Origin: Mobula hypostoma
Taxonomy: Eukaryota
Length of the DNA stretch: 64,000 bases
Assembly (NCBI RefSeq): GCF_963921235.1
Contig: NC_086107.1
Coordinates: 93,312,001-93,376,000 of the forward strand
Direction: 5' to 3'
Position 1 is the first letter of the stretch; each line of letters opens with the position of its first letter. The position numbers were made by a program, and so were the translations under genes. Positions 47,592 through 59,046 of the stretch are shown here, one piece after another. The notes under the pieces were generated by a model. That model did no database searches, was not told the DNA's origin, and saw only the letters and a list, made by a program, of their open reading frames with translations.

Positions 47592-48420
47592 TCTCCACAG
47601 AGCAGAGGTGGGAGTAGGGGTAGATCGACAAAGGAACCCGAGAGAGAAGGGGAGGAAGGAGAACGAGGAGCGCGCACACATAAACCCCAGTATGTGTGTG
47701 TGGGGGGGTGGGGGCTGAGGGCAACAACTTAAAATTAAAACCTGCGGGGAAAGAGGGGGTATGGAAGCAAAGAGAAGGACGAGAGGACAGACAAAGGGAA
47801 CGAGAACGAAATGAAAAGGGCATTTTTACAGAACGAGATCGAGAGGAGAGAGCGTTTAGGCTGAATACAGTGTGTGCAATGTATGAGCAACCTCCGGTAT
47901 GTGAGTCTATGTGCGATCTGTGCCCTGCGCTGCGATGTGTTTGCATTCTGTGTGTGTAGGTGGGTTGGGGGAGGAGGGAGGTGTCTGTACGGTGTGGGTG
48001 GTGCGCTGAGTTTGCATTCCGATCTGTGTAGCTGTGAGGCACTGTGCGCGGGTATCTGCGCTGTGCGCTGGCTGTGCTTGGCGTGATACCCGTGCCGTGG
48101 GTTGTGTGTCATGTACAACGTGAGTTGCAGTTTACAGTGTGTGTTCCCGGGTCTTGTATGCCGCCTGACGTGAAGTCTGAAGAAACCTGTAAACCATTTG
48201 TTAACACTCCGAGCACCGCACATCCTCTGGGGACGTCTGGTCCTCGCCGGCCCGTTCACTCTGCGGGGCGTTCTGACCGGGTAGAGCGTTTGCCAGCCCC
48301 CGACTCTGTTCCAACTCCCACCCTGCATTTCTAACTTCCTTCCGGGATTTGCTAACAGGACCATCGCTTCAGTCCTGGCGGGATAAATAACGATGCGGGA
48401 TATTTTACGCAATACGCGAG
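45950..48420. promoter_or_regulatory. CpG-rich, largely TE-free, promoter/first-exon-like region (cores about 45950-46570 and 47890-48420)
   Basis: CpG is visibly much denser than in the background. NotI site at 46324-46331. TATTTAAA at 46037-46044. GA-rich tracts. Strong donor AT|GTGAGT at 46512/46513. The gene was not identified. Confidence 0.55.
47022..47590. repeat. Tandem duplication of a CA-rich unit (period about 248 bp) ending in (CA)n
   Basis: ATGAACGTAGGTATGGGAA at 47060 and 47308 with colinear downstream sequence. Confidence 0.92.
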
Positions 48421-49504
48421 GGTATAATTTTAAAGTGATTGGAGGATAGTGTAGGGGGAATGTCAGAGGTAGGTTATTTACACAGAGAGTGGTGGTAGAG
48501 TCTGATATATTAGGGACTTTTAAGAGCCTCTTAGGTAGGCACGGATTAAATAAAAATGGAGGGTTATATGGGAGGGAAGGGTTAGATTGATTTTAGATTA
48601 GGTTAAAAGGTTAGCACAACATTGTGGACCGAAGGGCCTGTACTGTGCTATGTTTTATGTTATCACAGTGAGGGGTGGGGAGGGTCGAGGAGAGTGTGCC
48701 TGCACTGTGCTATGTTATATTATCGTGTATTATTCCGAAAAATGTGTCGACTGTGCGGGGTGGGGTGGATAGTTTTTATGTTATGATTCTGAACCGTTGT
48801 AGTATCCTGCGTCCATGCGTTGTAGGTCTGTGGGTATATTTATCCTGATGAAGAGTCCGGGCCCAAAATATAAACCATGTATTCCTCTCCATAGATTGGG
48901 CCTGACCTGCTAATTTCCTCCCGCATTTTGTGTATGTTACTCTGGATTTCCAGCAACTGCAGAATCTCTTATATTTACACATACTGACTGTCAGTGCAGG
49001 TGTTATTCGAAGAAAGTAAGAAAGCGAAATACTCAGCTGGTTAGGCAGCGGTTGTGAAGCACATACAGAATGCGAGAGGAACTCAGCAGGCCAGGCAGCA
49101 TCCGTGGAAGAGAGCGAACAATCAAAGTTTTGGGTTGAGATCCTTCATCAGCCTGGGGATAAATCGGCAGGGTTAAGGTTTCAGGCCGGTGACAGTTCAT
49201 CAACACTGCTCTGCTTTATACTGGAATGCCGACGATGAGTCTTCAGACGAAAGATTTGGCATTGGTCTTCAATAAATTGTTAAAGATCAAGGGTCAACTT
49301 CATTAACCATAAACATCAGTGGCTACTTTATTAGGTACAGCTGCTCGGTAATGCCAGCCAATCATGTGGCAGCAGCTCAGTGCATAAAAGCTTGCAGACA
49401 TGGTCAGGAGGTTCAGTTGTTGTTCAGACCAAATACCAGAATGGGGAAGAAATGTGATCTAAGTGACCTTGACCGTGGAGAAAAAAAAATCCAGTGAGAG
49501 GCAT

Positions 49505-49951
49505 AAACACAAATGCTGGGGTCAAAGCAACACTCACAACACGCTGGAGGAACTCAGCAGGTTGGGCAGCATCCGTGGAAAAGATCGGTCAATGTTCCCT
49601 CCCCCTCCCTTCCCCTATCCGTATGTCACTCCGCCCCCTCCCCCAGCTGCCTATCACCTCCCTCATGGTTCCGCCTCCTTCTACCACCCATTGTGTTTTC
49701 TCCTATTCTTTCTTCACCTTTCCAGCCTTTCACCTCCTTGTCTCCCCTCCCCGACCCCTTTATCTTTCCCCTTACTGGTTTTTCACCTGGAACCTACCAG
49801 CCTTCTCCTTCCCACCCTCCCCCCACCTTCTTTATAGGGCCTCTGCCCCCTCCCTCTTCAGTCCTGATGAAGGGTTCTGGCCCGAAACATCGATTGATTT
49901 TTTCCACGGATGCTGCCCGACCTGCTGAGTTCCTCCAACGTGTTGTGAGTG
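49505..49951 (+). mobile_element. Non-coding Penelope pLTR-derived element (447 bp) with inverted ends and a hammerhead motif
   Basis: 16-bp TSD ATCCAGTGAGAGGCAT at 49489-49504 and 49952-49967. 66-nt inverted arms at 49531-49596 and 49886-49951. Confidence 0.9.
49859..49896 (+). ncRNA. Minimal hammerhead ribozyme motif
   Basis: CAGTC-CTGATGA-A-GGGT(TCTG)GCCC-GAAAC-ATC-GATTG. Helices I and II are intact with GU pairs. The helix III palindrome is altered from ACGT to ACAT. Confidence 0.7.
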
Positions 49952-52849
49952 ATCCAGTGAGAGGCATTTCTTAGGGCAAAAATGTCTTTTCATGAGGAGA
50001 ATGGCCAGACATCAAGCTGATGAGAAGGCAACAGTAGCTGAAATAATCTTGTCTTACAACAATGGTGTGCAGGAGCACCTCTGAATGCACATGTTGAACC
50101 TTGAAGCAGATGGGCTACAGCAGCAGAAGACCATGAACATACACTCAGTGGCCAGAGGAGGTATCCAATGAAGTGACGACTGAAAGTCCATTGTATGTAT
50201 TAGGAATTTGCTATGGTATGTTGGTTAGGGAATAGCATGCAAAATTAGCTGATCAGATTAGCTGCTATGAAGGTTTTTTGTTTTGACAGCCCTATAGTAC
50301 TTTGCAGATGGGAGCTTTGGGTAAAGGCAGTTTGCAATGTGGGTAGTGTCCACAATGATTTTTTCTGCCCACTTCTTTGTCCTGGACACACACAAGTTCC
50401 ACAGTGATGGTAGACTGCAGCTGATGACCTTTTCTGCTGCAATCGTAGCACAACTCTAAAAAGTCTATTAAAATGCAGTACATTTTCACAGCATTTTTCA
50501 CCATCTCAGGGTGCTACAAAATACCTTTTAATATATCTGAAGGAACACACACAAAATGCTGAAGGGACTATGGAAATTAGCAAACAGTCGTTTCGTGCCA
50601 AGACACTTCTTCAGGACTCTGCAAATGCTGGAAACCTAAAGTAACACACACAAAAATTTGGAGGAACTCAGTAGGTCAGGAAGCATCTATGGAAATGAAT
50701 AAATGGTTCCTGGAAAATGGTCTTGGCTTGAAACAGATTCGGATTTCCAGCATCTGCAGACTTTCTAGTGTTTTTATATATCTGGGCACTTTTGAATAGT
50801 GGTCGCAGTTGTAAAGTGGGATATTTGCGTCTCATCTTCATAGCAATAAGATGGTGATCAGAGCAATGGTGAGCATGAATACCAGCATAGAACAAGTGGC
50901 TGAATGGCTTCACTTGTGGGGTATGCAGCTGAGGAACTGGCCCAGAGAGGGGATATTCACTTTTCACAGGTCTGAAGCCAATGACTACTTTCCATTCATA
51001 AAGTGGCATTACCACTAACCTTCAGACTTCAGAGCGAAAATTGCTACCAATTAAGACAGTGGACTGGAACCTAAGGGTATGTAAGTGGCTCACTTAGCTC
51101 AAAAGTACACTATTATCCAATTCAGTTTTCCCACTCATACCCCAGTACTGTTGATAAGAGTAACAGAACTGGCTGCATCACAGTCTTTTATGGAAACACC
51201 AATGCCCGGGAGTATCCACATCTACAGAAAGTGGTAGATATAGGCCAGTCCATCATTAGCAAAGCCCTCTCCACCGCTGAGCACATTTTCATGGAGTACT
51301 GTCACAAGAAAGTAACAATCATCAACAAGGACCCCTACCAACCAGGCCAGACTTTCTTCTCATTACTACCATCAGGCAGGAGGTACAGGCAGCTGAGGTC
51401 CCACACCTACAGGTTCAAGAACTGTTATTAAGGTCTTGACTGGCATGGCTAACTTCATTCAGGACCACTACAACCAATAGACTCACTTTTAATGACTCTT
51501 ACAACTCCCAGCATTATTATATTTTTTGTACTCTCTTTTTTGCATATTGTTTAATAATATTTATTTATGTGTAGTTTTTCATAAATTTTATGTATTTCTT
51601 TGTTCTACTGTGAATTCCTGCAAGAAAATACATCTCAAGGTAGTATATGGTAACATATATGTAATTTGATAATAAATTAACTTTGACTTTTAAAACACTG
51701 ACGACGGAGAGTTCACACCCAGAAATAACAGACTTCCTTTGGCTTGCAAAGTAGGATTTGAGGTTGATTTCCAATCACTAAAACATTCAGCACTCTACAA
51801 GACATATCCGAGCTTTCCAATTAATCAGTGACGGAAGCACATGGAGAGAGATTTAATTTTAAAATTAGCTGAGAAATTACCTTGCATTGCAATACAGCCT
51901 TGAAGAGTAGCTGCAATTGTCCATGTATTTCAGGCAGATTTATTAATCTTCTTTCAGAACCAAATGTGTCAGAAGGTAATTTTAATATGAGCTGCTTAAA
52001 ATTTCAATCTAGTTCCTGCCATCCTGGAAATTTGAGGGATAAAGGAGAGGCAGGAGTAGCAGATTCAGGAAGGTGTGGAGCTGTCCATGGTAGCTGAAAG
52101 TTCATGTGATAGGGCTGGTAAACATCTAGTCAACTCAATCAATACTGTGCACGTTGTAACTCCATTTTAACACACAGTGAGTGTTTTCGCCCCATTCTAA
52201 TTACCCCTTGAACTGAGTGGCTGTCTGGGCCACTTCAGAAGGTAGCTGCTGTGTTTCTAGAACCACACACAGGCCAATGAGGTTAAAACTTGACAAATTA
52301 ATCAGACAAATTGGTTTATCATTTTCAAACGTACTGAAGTGCAGTACCATGAAAAAATTAGTTTTGCATGCCATATACAGATCATTCCATTACAACAGTG
52401 CATTGAGGTAGTACAAGGAAAAACAATATCAGAATGAAGAATAAAATTTTATAGAGAACGTGCAGTGCTAGCAGACAGTAAGGTGGTAAATTGTGAGGTC
52501 AAGAGGTCCATTCAATCATCTTAAGACACTGGGATAGAAATTGTTCTTCATTTTGCTGGTTTGTACTTTAAGACTTTTGAATTTTGCGCCCAAAGAGAGA
52601 GGGCAGAGATAGAATGTCTCGGGTGGTGGAGTCTTTGACTGCTTCGTCCAAGTAATGAGAAATACAGACAGAGAGAATGGAGAGGAGGCAGGCTTTTGGG
52701 ATGTGCTGGGCTGTGTCCACAACTCCCTGCAGTTTTCTGCATTCAGAGCAGTTGCCATGATGCACTAAGATGGAAATGTCCTTCTTATGTGATATTTGTG
52801 AACAAGAAGGGTTTTTCCCAACAATCAGAAGTTCCATTTTATAAAAACT

Positions 52850-53915
52850 CCCCCTCCCTTTCTCCCTCCAGTCTGTCCCTCCCCACTCTCCCTCCTCCCA
52901 TCCACCTTTCCCCTCACCTTGTCTCACCCATCTCCTGCCAGCTTGTACTTCTCCCACTGCCCTGCCTTCTTATTCTGGTTTCTTCTCCTTCCTTTCCAGT
53001 GCTGATCAAGTGTCTCGGACAGGAACGGTGACAGTTTATTCCCCTGCATAGAAGCTGCCTGTCCTGCTGTTGTCCTCCAGCGTCTTGTCTGTGTTGTTCT
53101 AGATTTCCAGCATTTGCAGAACCTTGTGTTTATGTTCTACATAAATTTCTGATTAATTTAATTCATAAACTATTGCTGCTACAGTAGAATTTTTACTGCA
53201 TAGCCTCACTCACAGAGGAACATTTCTCTCAGACAGCAGGATAATGTAAAGGGAACCTTACTCTGTATCTGATTGGTGAAGTTCCTGACTTGGGGATATT
53301 TGACAGGACAACGCACAGGGAGATTATGCAGATTAATCTGCATTTGACCATATGGTCTCTGAATCCGGAATGTTTAATGGGGCAACATATTCAACTTGTC
53401 GCGTCTTCCATGGTGAGAAAATGTCGAGGGAGATCTTTCTTTTAATATGAACACAAGAAATTCTGGACATACTAGAAATCTTGAGAAACGCACACAAAAT
53501 GCAGGAGGAACATGGCAGGCCAGGCAGATTCTATGGAGAGGAATAAACAGCTGACAGTTCAGGCTGAGACCCTTTATCAGGACTGGAAGGGAAGGGGGAA
53601 GAATCCAGAATAAGAAGGTGGGGAGAGGGGAAGGAGTACAAGCTGAAAGGTGAAGCCAAGTGAGTGGGAAGGGGGTGGGTGGGGAAGAGGGGATGAAGCA
53701 AGAAGGTGGGAGCTGATAGATGGAAGGCTGAGGAAGAAGGAATCCGATAGGAAAGAAGAGTGGGCCATGGGAGAAAGGGAAGGAGGAAGAGCTCCAGAGG
53801 GATGTGAGGACAGGTGAGGAGAAGAGAAGGGGTGACATGAGAGCCTGAATGGAGAATGGAGAAAGTGAGAAAGGAGGTTGGGGGTGGGGGAGAAACTACT
53901 GGAAGTTAGAGGCAT
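52850..53915. mobile_element. Two Penelope pLTR fragments (about 52850-53132 plus, about 53445-53915 minus)
   Basis: Same pyrimidine/purine body and terminus as the other copies. Degenerate hammerheads at 52997-53035 and 53550-53586. Confidence 0.7.
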
Positions 53916-54729
53916 CTTTGTGTTTAACATATGTTTTGCCTGCTTCCGGGCAATTTGTTGTTACTGAAGAGAAAACTTTAGAAAAGGAAAAAAAGCCACA
54001 GATGCTGATAAACTTGAATGAAACAGAAGAGACTAGAGACAGGCGATATATATGGAGAGAAATAGACAGCTAACATTCCAGGTCAATAACCTTTCTTCAG
54101 AACAGGCACTTTAGGGGAAGCTTTGCTCTGTGTCTAATCTGTGCACCGGATAATTACTCCAGTGATATAACCATAATGTTACTGTAGTCCAACACCCAAG
54201 CCAGATTCCAGATGTCATTAAGGGTGGAAAGACCTGAACAGAGTTCAGGGGTACAAAGTTTGCTTTTAGAAATTCTGATTGTTTCGGGAAGGCACCGGGC
54301 AGAGCAAGCGAACATATTGCAACCAATAACAGGCAATTTGCAGCTTAACACTTAGAAATACAGCGGCTTAGAGATGCGTCGAGTCTGATCCCACTGGTAT
54401 AGTTCTCACTCATTTTGGATGAATGCATGTTAATCTGAAAAATTGAAAGCTGCCTTCTGTTAACTACATCTGTAATCTGTCATGTTCATGCCTTCGTAAC
54501 TTTCTTGCCAACTGTCTCCGTTATTCTGCCTTTGAATGTGGTGACCCCATGCTGAGTGGCAGCCATGGTCACTGGGTGACTGAGACAAGCCTCACGAGTT
54601 AGTGAATGTAATAGGCTACTTACATTGGAGTCCAAACTACCTCCTGTTCCTACCAAGTATCCAAGTGCACATACTGGCCCCTGAGATTATTTCAATCACT
54701 AGTTTCGCTCTTTCCTCAACAGGTTATAA

Positions 54730-55018
54730 TTGTGTGCATTTGGCTGTGTGTGCACGAGTGAGTGTGTATCTGCGTGTCTATTAGTGTGTGAATGTATATG
54801 TGTGTGTGTATATGTATGCACAATTATGTTTGCACGAATGTTGCATTGTGTGTGTCTATATGTCTATTGGTGTGCCAATGTGTATGTGTGTGCACAAGTG
54901 TATCTGTCTGTGAGACTGTTGATTACCTTAATGTGTGTGCGTATGTGTGAATGTGTATGTGTATGCAGAAGTATTTTTGCATTAGTGTGTGAGTGCGTGC
55001 ATGAGTATATGTGTGTAT

Positions 55019-55053
<35 letters not shown>

Positions 55054-55245
55054 ATGTGCATGTGTGTGTGTGTGTGTGTGTGTATCTGTATGTGTGTCTG
55101 CTGGTGTAAAAATATGTATGCACAAGTGTTTTTGCATTAGTGGGTGAGAGTGTGCATGAGTATATGTCTGTATGCGTTGTGTGTGTGTGTGCGCGTATGT
55201 GCGTGTGTGAGTGTGTGTGTAGATGCTTGCATATACATTTGTGTA
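54730..55245. repeat. Degenerate (TG)-rich compound microsatellite
   Basis: Seen directly. Confidence 0.95.
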
Positions 55246-55344
55246 GCTAGCAGTAGATGACTGGGCTACAATATTAATTACAGAATAAAATGTAACAAGC
55301 AGCATGCAATGGGGAAGCAGTGCTGGCGCCTCGACTTTTAACCG

Positions 55345-55810
55345 TTTCCATCAGTATTTAGATGAAGACACTAAAGAATGTTTGCTAAATTTGCCAATGA
55401 CACAAAGATGGGAAGGAAAGTAACTTCTGAGAAGTGCAGCTAGATTATGTGATCAGGCAAAGAGATGGTAAATGAAGAATGCTGTAGGAAAATGTGAATT
55501 TGAAAAAAGGCAGCTTATCTAAATGAAGAGATATTGCAGAGCTCTGAGACACAGAGAGATCTGTGTGTCCTGGCACATTACCTGCAGAAGACGAGTGTGC
55601 AGGCACAAGAAGTAATTATGAAATCTTACAGAATGTTGTTGTTTATTGATCAGTGATTGAATACAAAAGTAGGGAGATTAGGTTTCCGTTATATAGAGCA
55701 ACTGTGAGATCGCATCTTGCATGTTTCGTGCAATATTGGTCTCCTTCTGTAAGGAAGAGAGTTACTGTACTGGAAACAGTTCAAGGAAAGGTTTTCTGGA
55801 TTATTATGTG
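55345..55810 (+). mobile_element. Old CR1 RT fragment
   Basis: IEYKSREIRFPLYRATVRSHLACFVQYWSP. Confidence 0.8.
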
Positions 55811-56805
55811 GAATATGAACCTCCCCCTGATGAGATGAGGGAATGTCCCAGACGGTGAGCACCCTTCAGGAAGGATGCCAGTTCTTTGAGGCATTACCTT
55901 TTGAAAATGGTGGGGGTCTCATGCCCATGATGGAGCTGGCCATGTTTACAACTCCCTGTAGCTTTTACTGATCCTGTACATTGGAGTCTCCAGGCTAGGT
56001 GGTGATGCAGCCAGTCTGAATGCGCTCCACGGTACTTCTGCAGAAATTTGCTCGGATCTTTCTTGACTTACAAAACTCCTCAAATCTCCTGGGGCTGACT
56101 GATCTGCTCCTCCTCCTAACTCAAGTGGTCACATCAGCATAACTCCCATCTCATCACTCAGCATCATCAACGTTGTCACATGCCGATGGGACAGGGAGAG
56201 CATGGGGTAGATAGGGAGATTTCCCTTTACATTGCCCTGTCACACACACCCAGCATGGGATAAATATAGCTATTCCACTGCTGTCTGTAAGGAGTTGGTA
56301 TGTCCTACCCCATCTCCACGTGGGTTTCCTCTCACATTCCAAAGGTGGTTGGGATAGTAAGTTAATTAGTCACGTGGGTGTAGTTGAGTGGTCTGGCCTC
56401 ATTAGGCCAGAAGGGCCTGCTACCAAGCTCCCTCTCTAAATAACTAACCCTCCATACCGTCCTCTCAAACAATCCCAGGATACAAAAAAGGAAGGAAATT
56501 GTCCCAGGAGACAACTTCAAAAGGTTTTCAGAAACAAAATCAAGTTTATTGTGACTGACAAAAGTCATAAAATTTGTTGTTTTCCGGTAGCAATACAGTA
56601 CAATGCATAAAAAATTATAAAGTTGAAAAAAAGGTTATACAAGAAGAGAGGTTTACGAGGATGTTACCTAGACTTAAAGGACCGAGTTATGGAAAGAGGT
56701 TGAGCAAGCTAGGACTTTATTCTTAGAAGCAAAAGGGTGACTTTATAGGGGTGCAGAAAATCATGAGGGGCATAGATAGGGTGAATCCAATCAGTTCTTT
56801 CTTAA

Positions 56806-57067
56806 TTTACTTATTTAGCAATACAGGGAGGAGTAGGCCTTTCTAGCCCCAGCAACCCCCAACAAACCTAATTAACCTAATTAACCCTAGCCTAATCACA
56901 ATGACAAATTAATCTATCCAGTACATCTTCAGACTGTGGGAAGAAACCAGAGCACCTGGGGGAAACCCACGCGCTCCATAGGGAAGACAGTACGGCGCCG
57001 GAACTGAACTCTGAACTCGGAAATGCCCCAAGCTATAATAACATCACTCTACTCTACCGTGGTGCCC
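56806..57067 (-). mobile_element. HE1-like V-SINE within a CR1 3' fragment
   Basis: Colinear with 6186-6484. A partial plus copy lies at about 56275-56445. Confidence 0.7.
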
Positions 57068-57212
57068 ATTTCCGGATTGGGGAATCAAAGCTAGAGACCA
57101 TAAGTTCAGAGCAAGAGGGGAGAGATTTAAGAGGAACCCGAGCGGCAAAATTTTCACCCAGAGTACAGTCCATATGTGGAATGATCTGCCAGAGGGAATG
57201 TTCGAGGCAAAG

Positions 57213-58945
57213 ATGAGAAAATCTTCAGATGCTGGAAATCCAAGCAACACATATAAAATGCTGAAGAAACTCAGCAGGCCAGACAGCATCAATGCAAACG
57301 AGTACACCATTGACATTTTGGACCAAGACCCTTCATCAGGACCAGAAGAAAAAGATGAGAAGTTGGGAAGCAAGAAGGTGGGCGGAGGGGAGGAAGAAGT
57401 ATGAGGTGGTAGGTGATAGGTGAAACCAGGAGAGAGGGAGGGGTGAAGTAAAGGGCTGGGCAGGTGATTGGTGAAAGAGATAAAGGGCTGGAGAAGGGGG
57501 GATCTGATAAGAGAGGATAGAAGACCATGAAAGAAAGGGAAGGGGGAGGAGCACCAGAGGGAGGTGATGGGCAGGTAAGGAGATAAGGTGAGAGAGGGAA
57601 ACAGGAATAAGAATAGTGAAGGGGGGAGGCAATTACAGAAGTTTGAGAAATCGATGTTCAGGCCATCAGGTTGGAGGCCACCCAGATGGAATGTAAGGTG
57701 TTTCTCCTCCAACCTGAATGTGGCTTCATCGCGGAAGTAGGAGAGGCCATGGAAGTGAAATCGAAGTGGGTGGCCACCGGAAGATGCTACTCTTTCTGGT
57801 AGATGGAGCATGGCTGCTTGGCAGAGCAGGCTCCCAATCTACGTCACATCTCACCGATATACAAAAGACAATGCCAGGAGCACCAGGTGCAGTAGATGAC
57901 CCCAACAGACTCACAGGTGCTGCCTCACCTGGAAGGACTGCTTGGGGCCCTGAATGGTAATGAGGGAGGGGATGTGGGGGCAGGTATGACACTTGTTCCA
58001 CATGCAAAGCTAAGTACAGCAAGGGAGATCAGTGGGGAAGGATAAATGGACAAGGGGAGGGGAGGAGGGAAAGATGTGCTGGAATTCCATTGGAGATGAC
58101 GGAAGTTATGAAGAAATATGTGCTGGACACAGAGGGCTATTGGGGTGGTAGGTGAGGACAAGAGGAACCCTATCCCTGGTGGGGTGGCAGGAGGATGGGG
58201 ACGATGAAGAAATGCGCAGAATGGAAGAGATACTGGTGAGGGCAGCATTGATGGTGGAGAAAGGAAAGCCCCTTTCTTTGAAGAAGGACATCTCTTCAGT
58301 TCAATAATGAAAAGCCTCATCCTGAGAGCAGATGCAATGAAGATGGAGGAACCGAGAGAAGGGGATGGTGTTTTTACAAATGACAGGGTGGGAAGAGGTA
58401 TAGTCCAGGTAGTGTGAGAATCAGTGGGTTTGAAAAGATATCAGTAGATAAACTGTCTCCAAGGATAGAGACAGAGAGATCGGGAAGGGAGAGGGAGATG
58501 TCCGAAATAGACCAGGTAAATTTGAGGGAAGGGCGGAAGTTGGAGGCAAAGTTGATGAAGTCGGCGAGCTCAACGTGGATGCAGGCAACAGCCCCAATGC
58601 GGTCATTGATATAGCATAGGAAAAGTTAGGGAATGATAACAGTGTAGGCTTGGAGCATAGACTGATCCATATAGGCAACAAAAAGGCAGACATAGCTGGG
58701 ACCCATGCGAGTGTCCATGGCTACACCTTTGATCTGAAGAAAGTGGGAGGAGCCGAAGGAGGAACTTTTGAGAGTGAGATCAAGTTCCAACGGGTGGAGA
58801 AGAATGGTGGTTGGGGGGAACAGGTTGGGTCTGTTATCTAGAAAGAAGTGGAGAGCTTTAAGGCCCTCCTGAAGCGGAATGGAGGTGTATAGGGACGGAC
58901 ATCCATGGTGAAAGTGAAACAATCAGGTCCAGGGAACTAGAAGTT
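57213..58945 (-). mobile_element. Decayed Penelope-like element (RT, GIY-YIG, pLTR)
   Basis: SLYTSIP...FLQIKGVAMDTRMGPSY (PLE RT) and RLEEKHLTFHLGGLQPDGLNIDFSNF. Degenerate hammerhead at 57309-57343. Confidence 0.9.
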
Positions 58946-59046
58946 ATTGAAAAGATGACACTGAACATTGAAAAATGTTTGAGCCAGTTAGATTAACAAC
59001 AGTTAAAAGACATTTGGACAGGTACATGGATAGAAACGGTTCAGAC

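Larger units (their letters stand above)
49314..50182 (+). mobile_element. Tc1-like deletion derivative interrupted by a Penelope-derived insertion
   Basis: TIR cagtggctactttattaggtac. Body colinear with 28607-29164. Confidence 0.8.

Noticed and set aside
47022..48042. His/Thr- and Cys/Val-rich ORFs (also 45252-45713 and 54730-55305)
   Set aside because: Translations of CA/TG microsatellites.
50970..51080. Plus-strand coding exon (good acceptor and donors)
   Set aside because: Stops in all three frames; at most a non-coding exon, with no other support.
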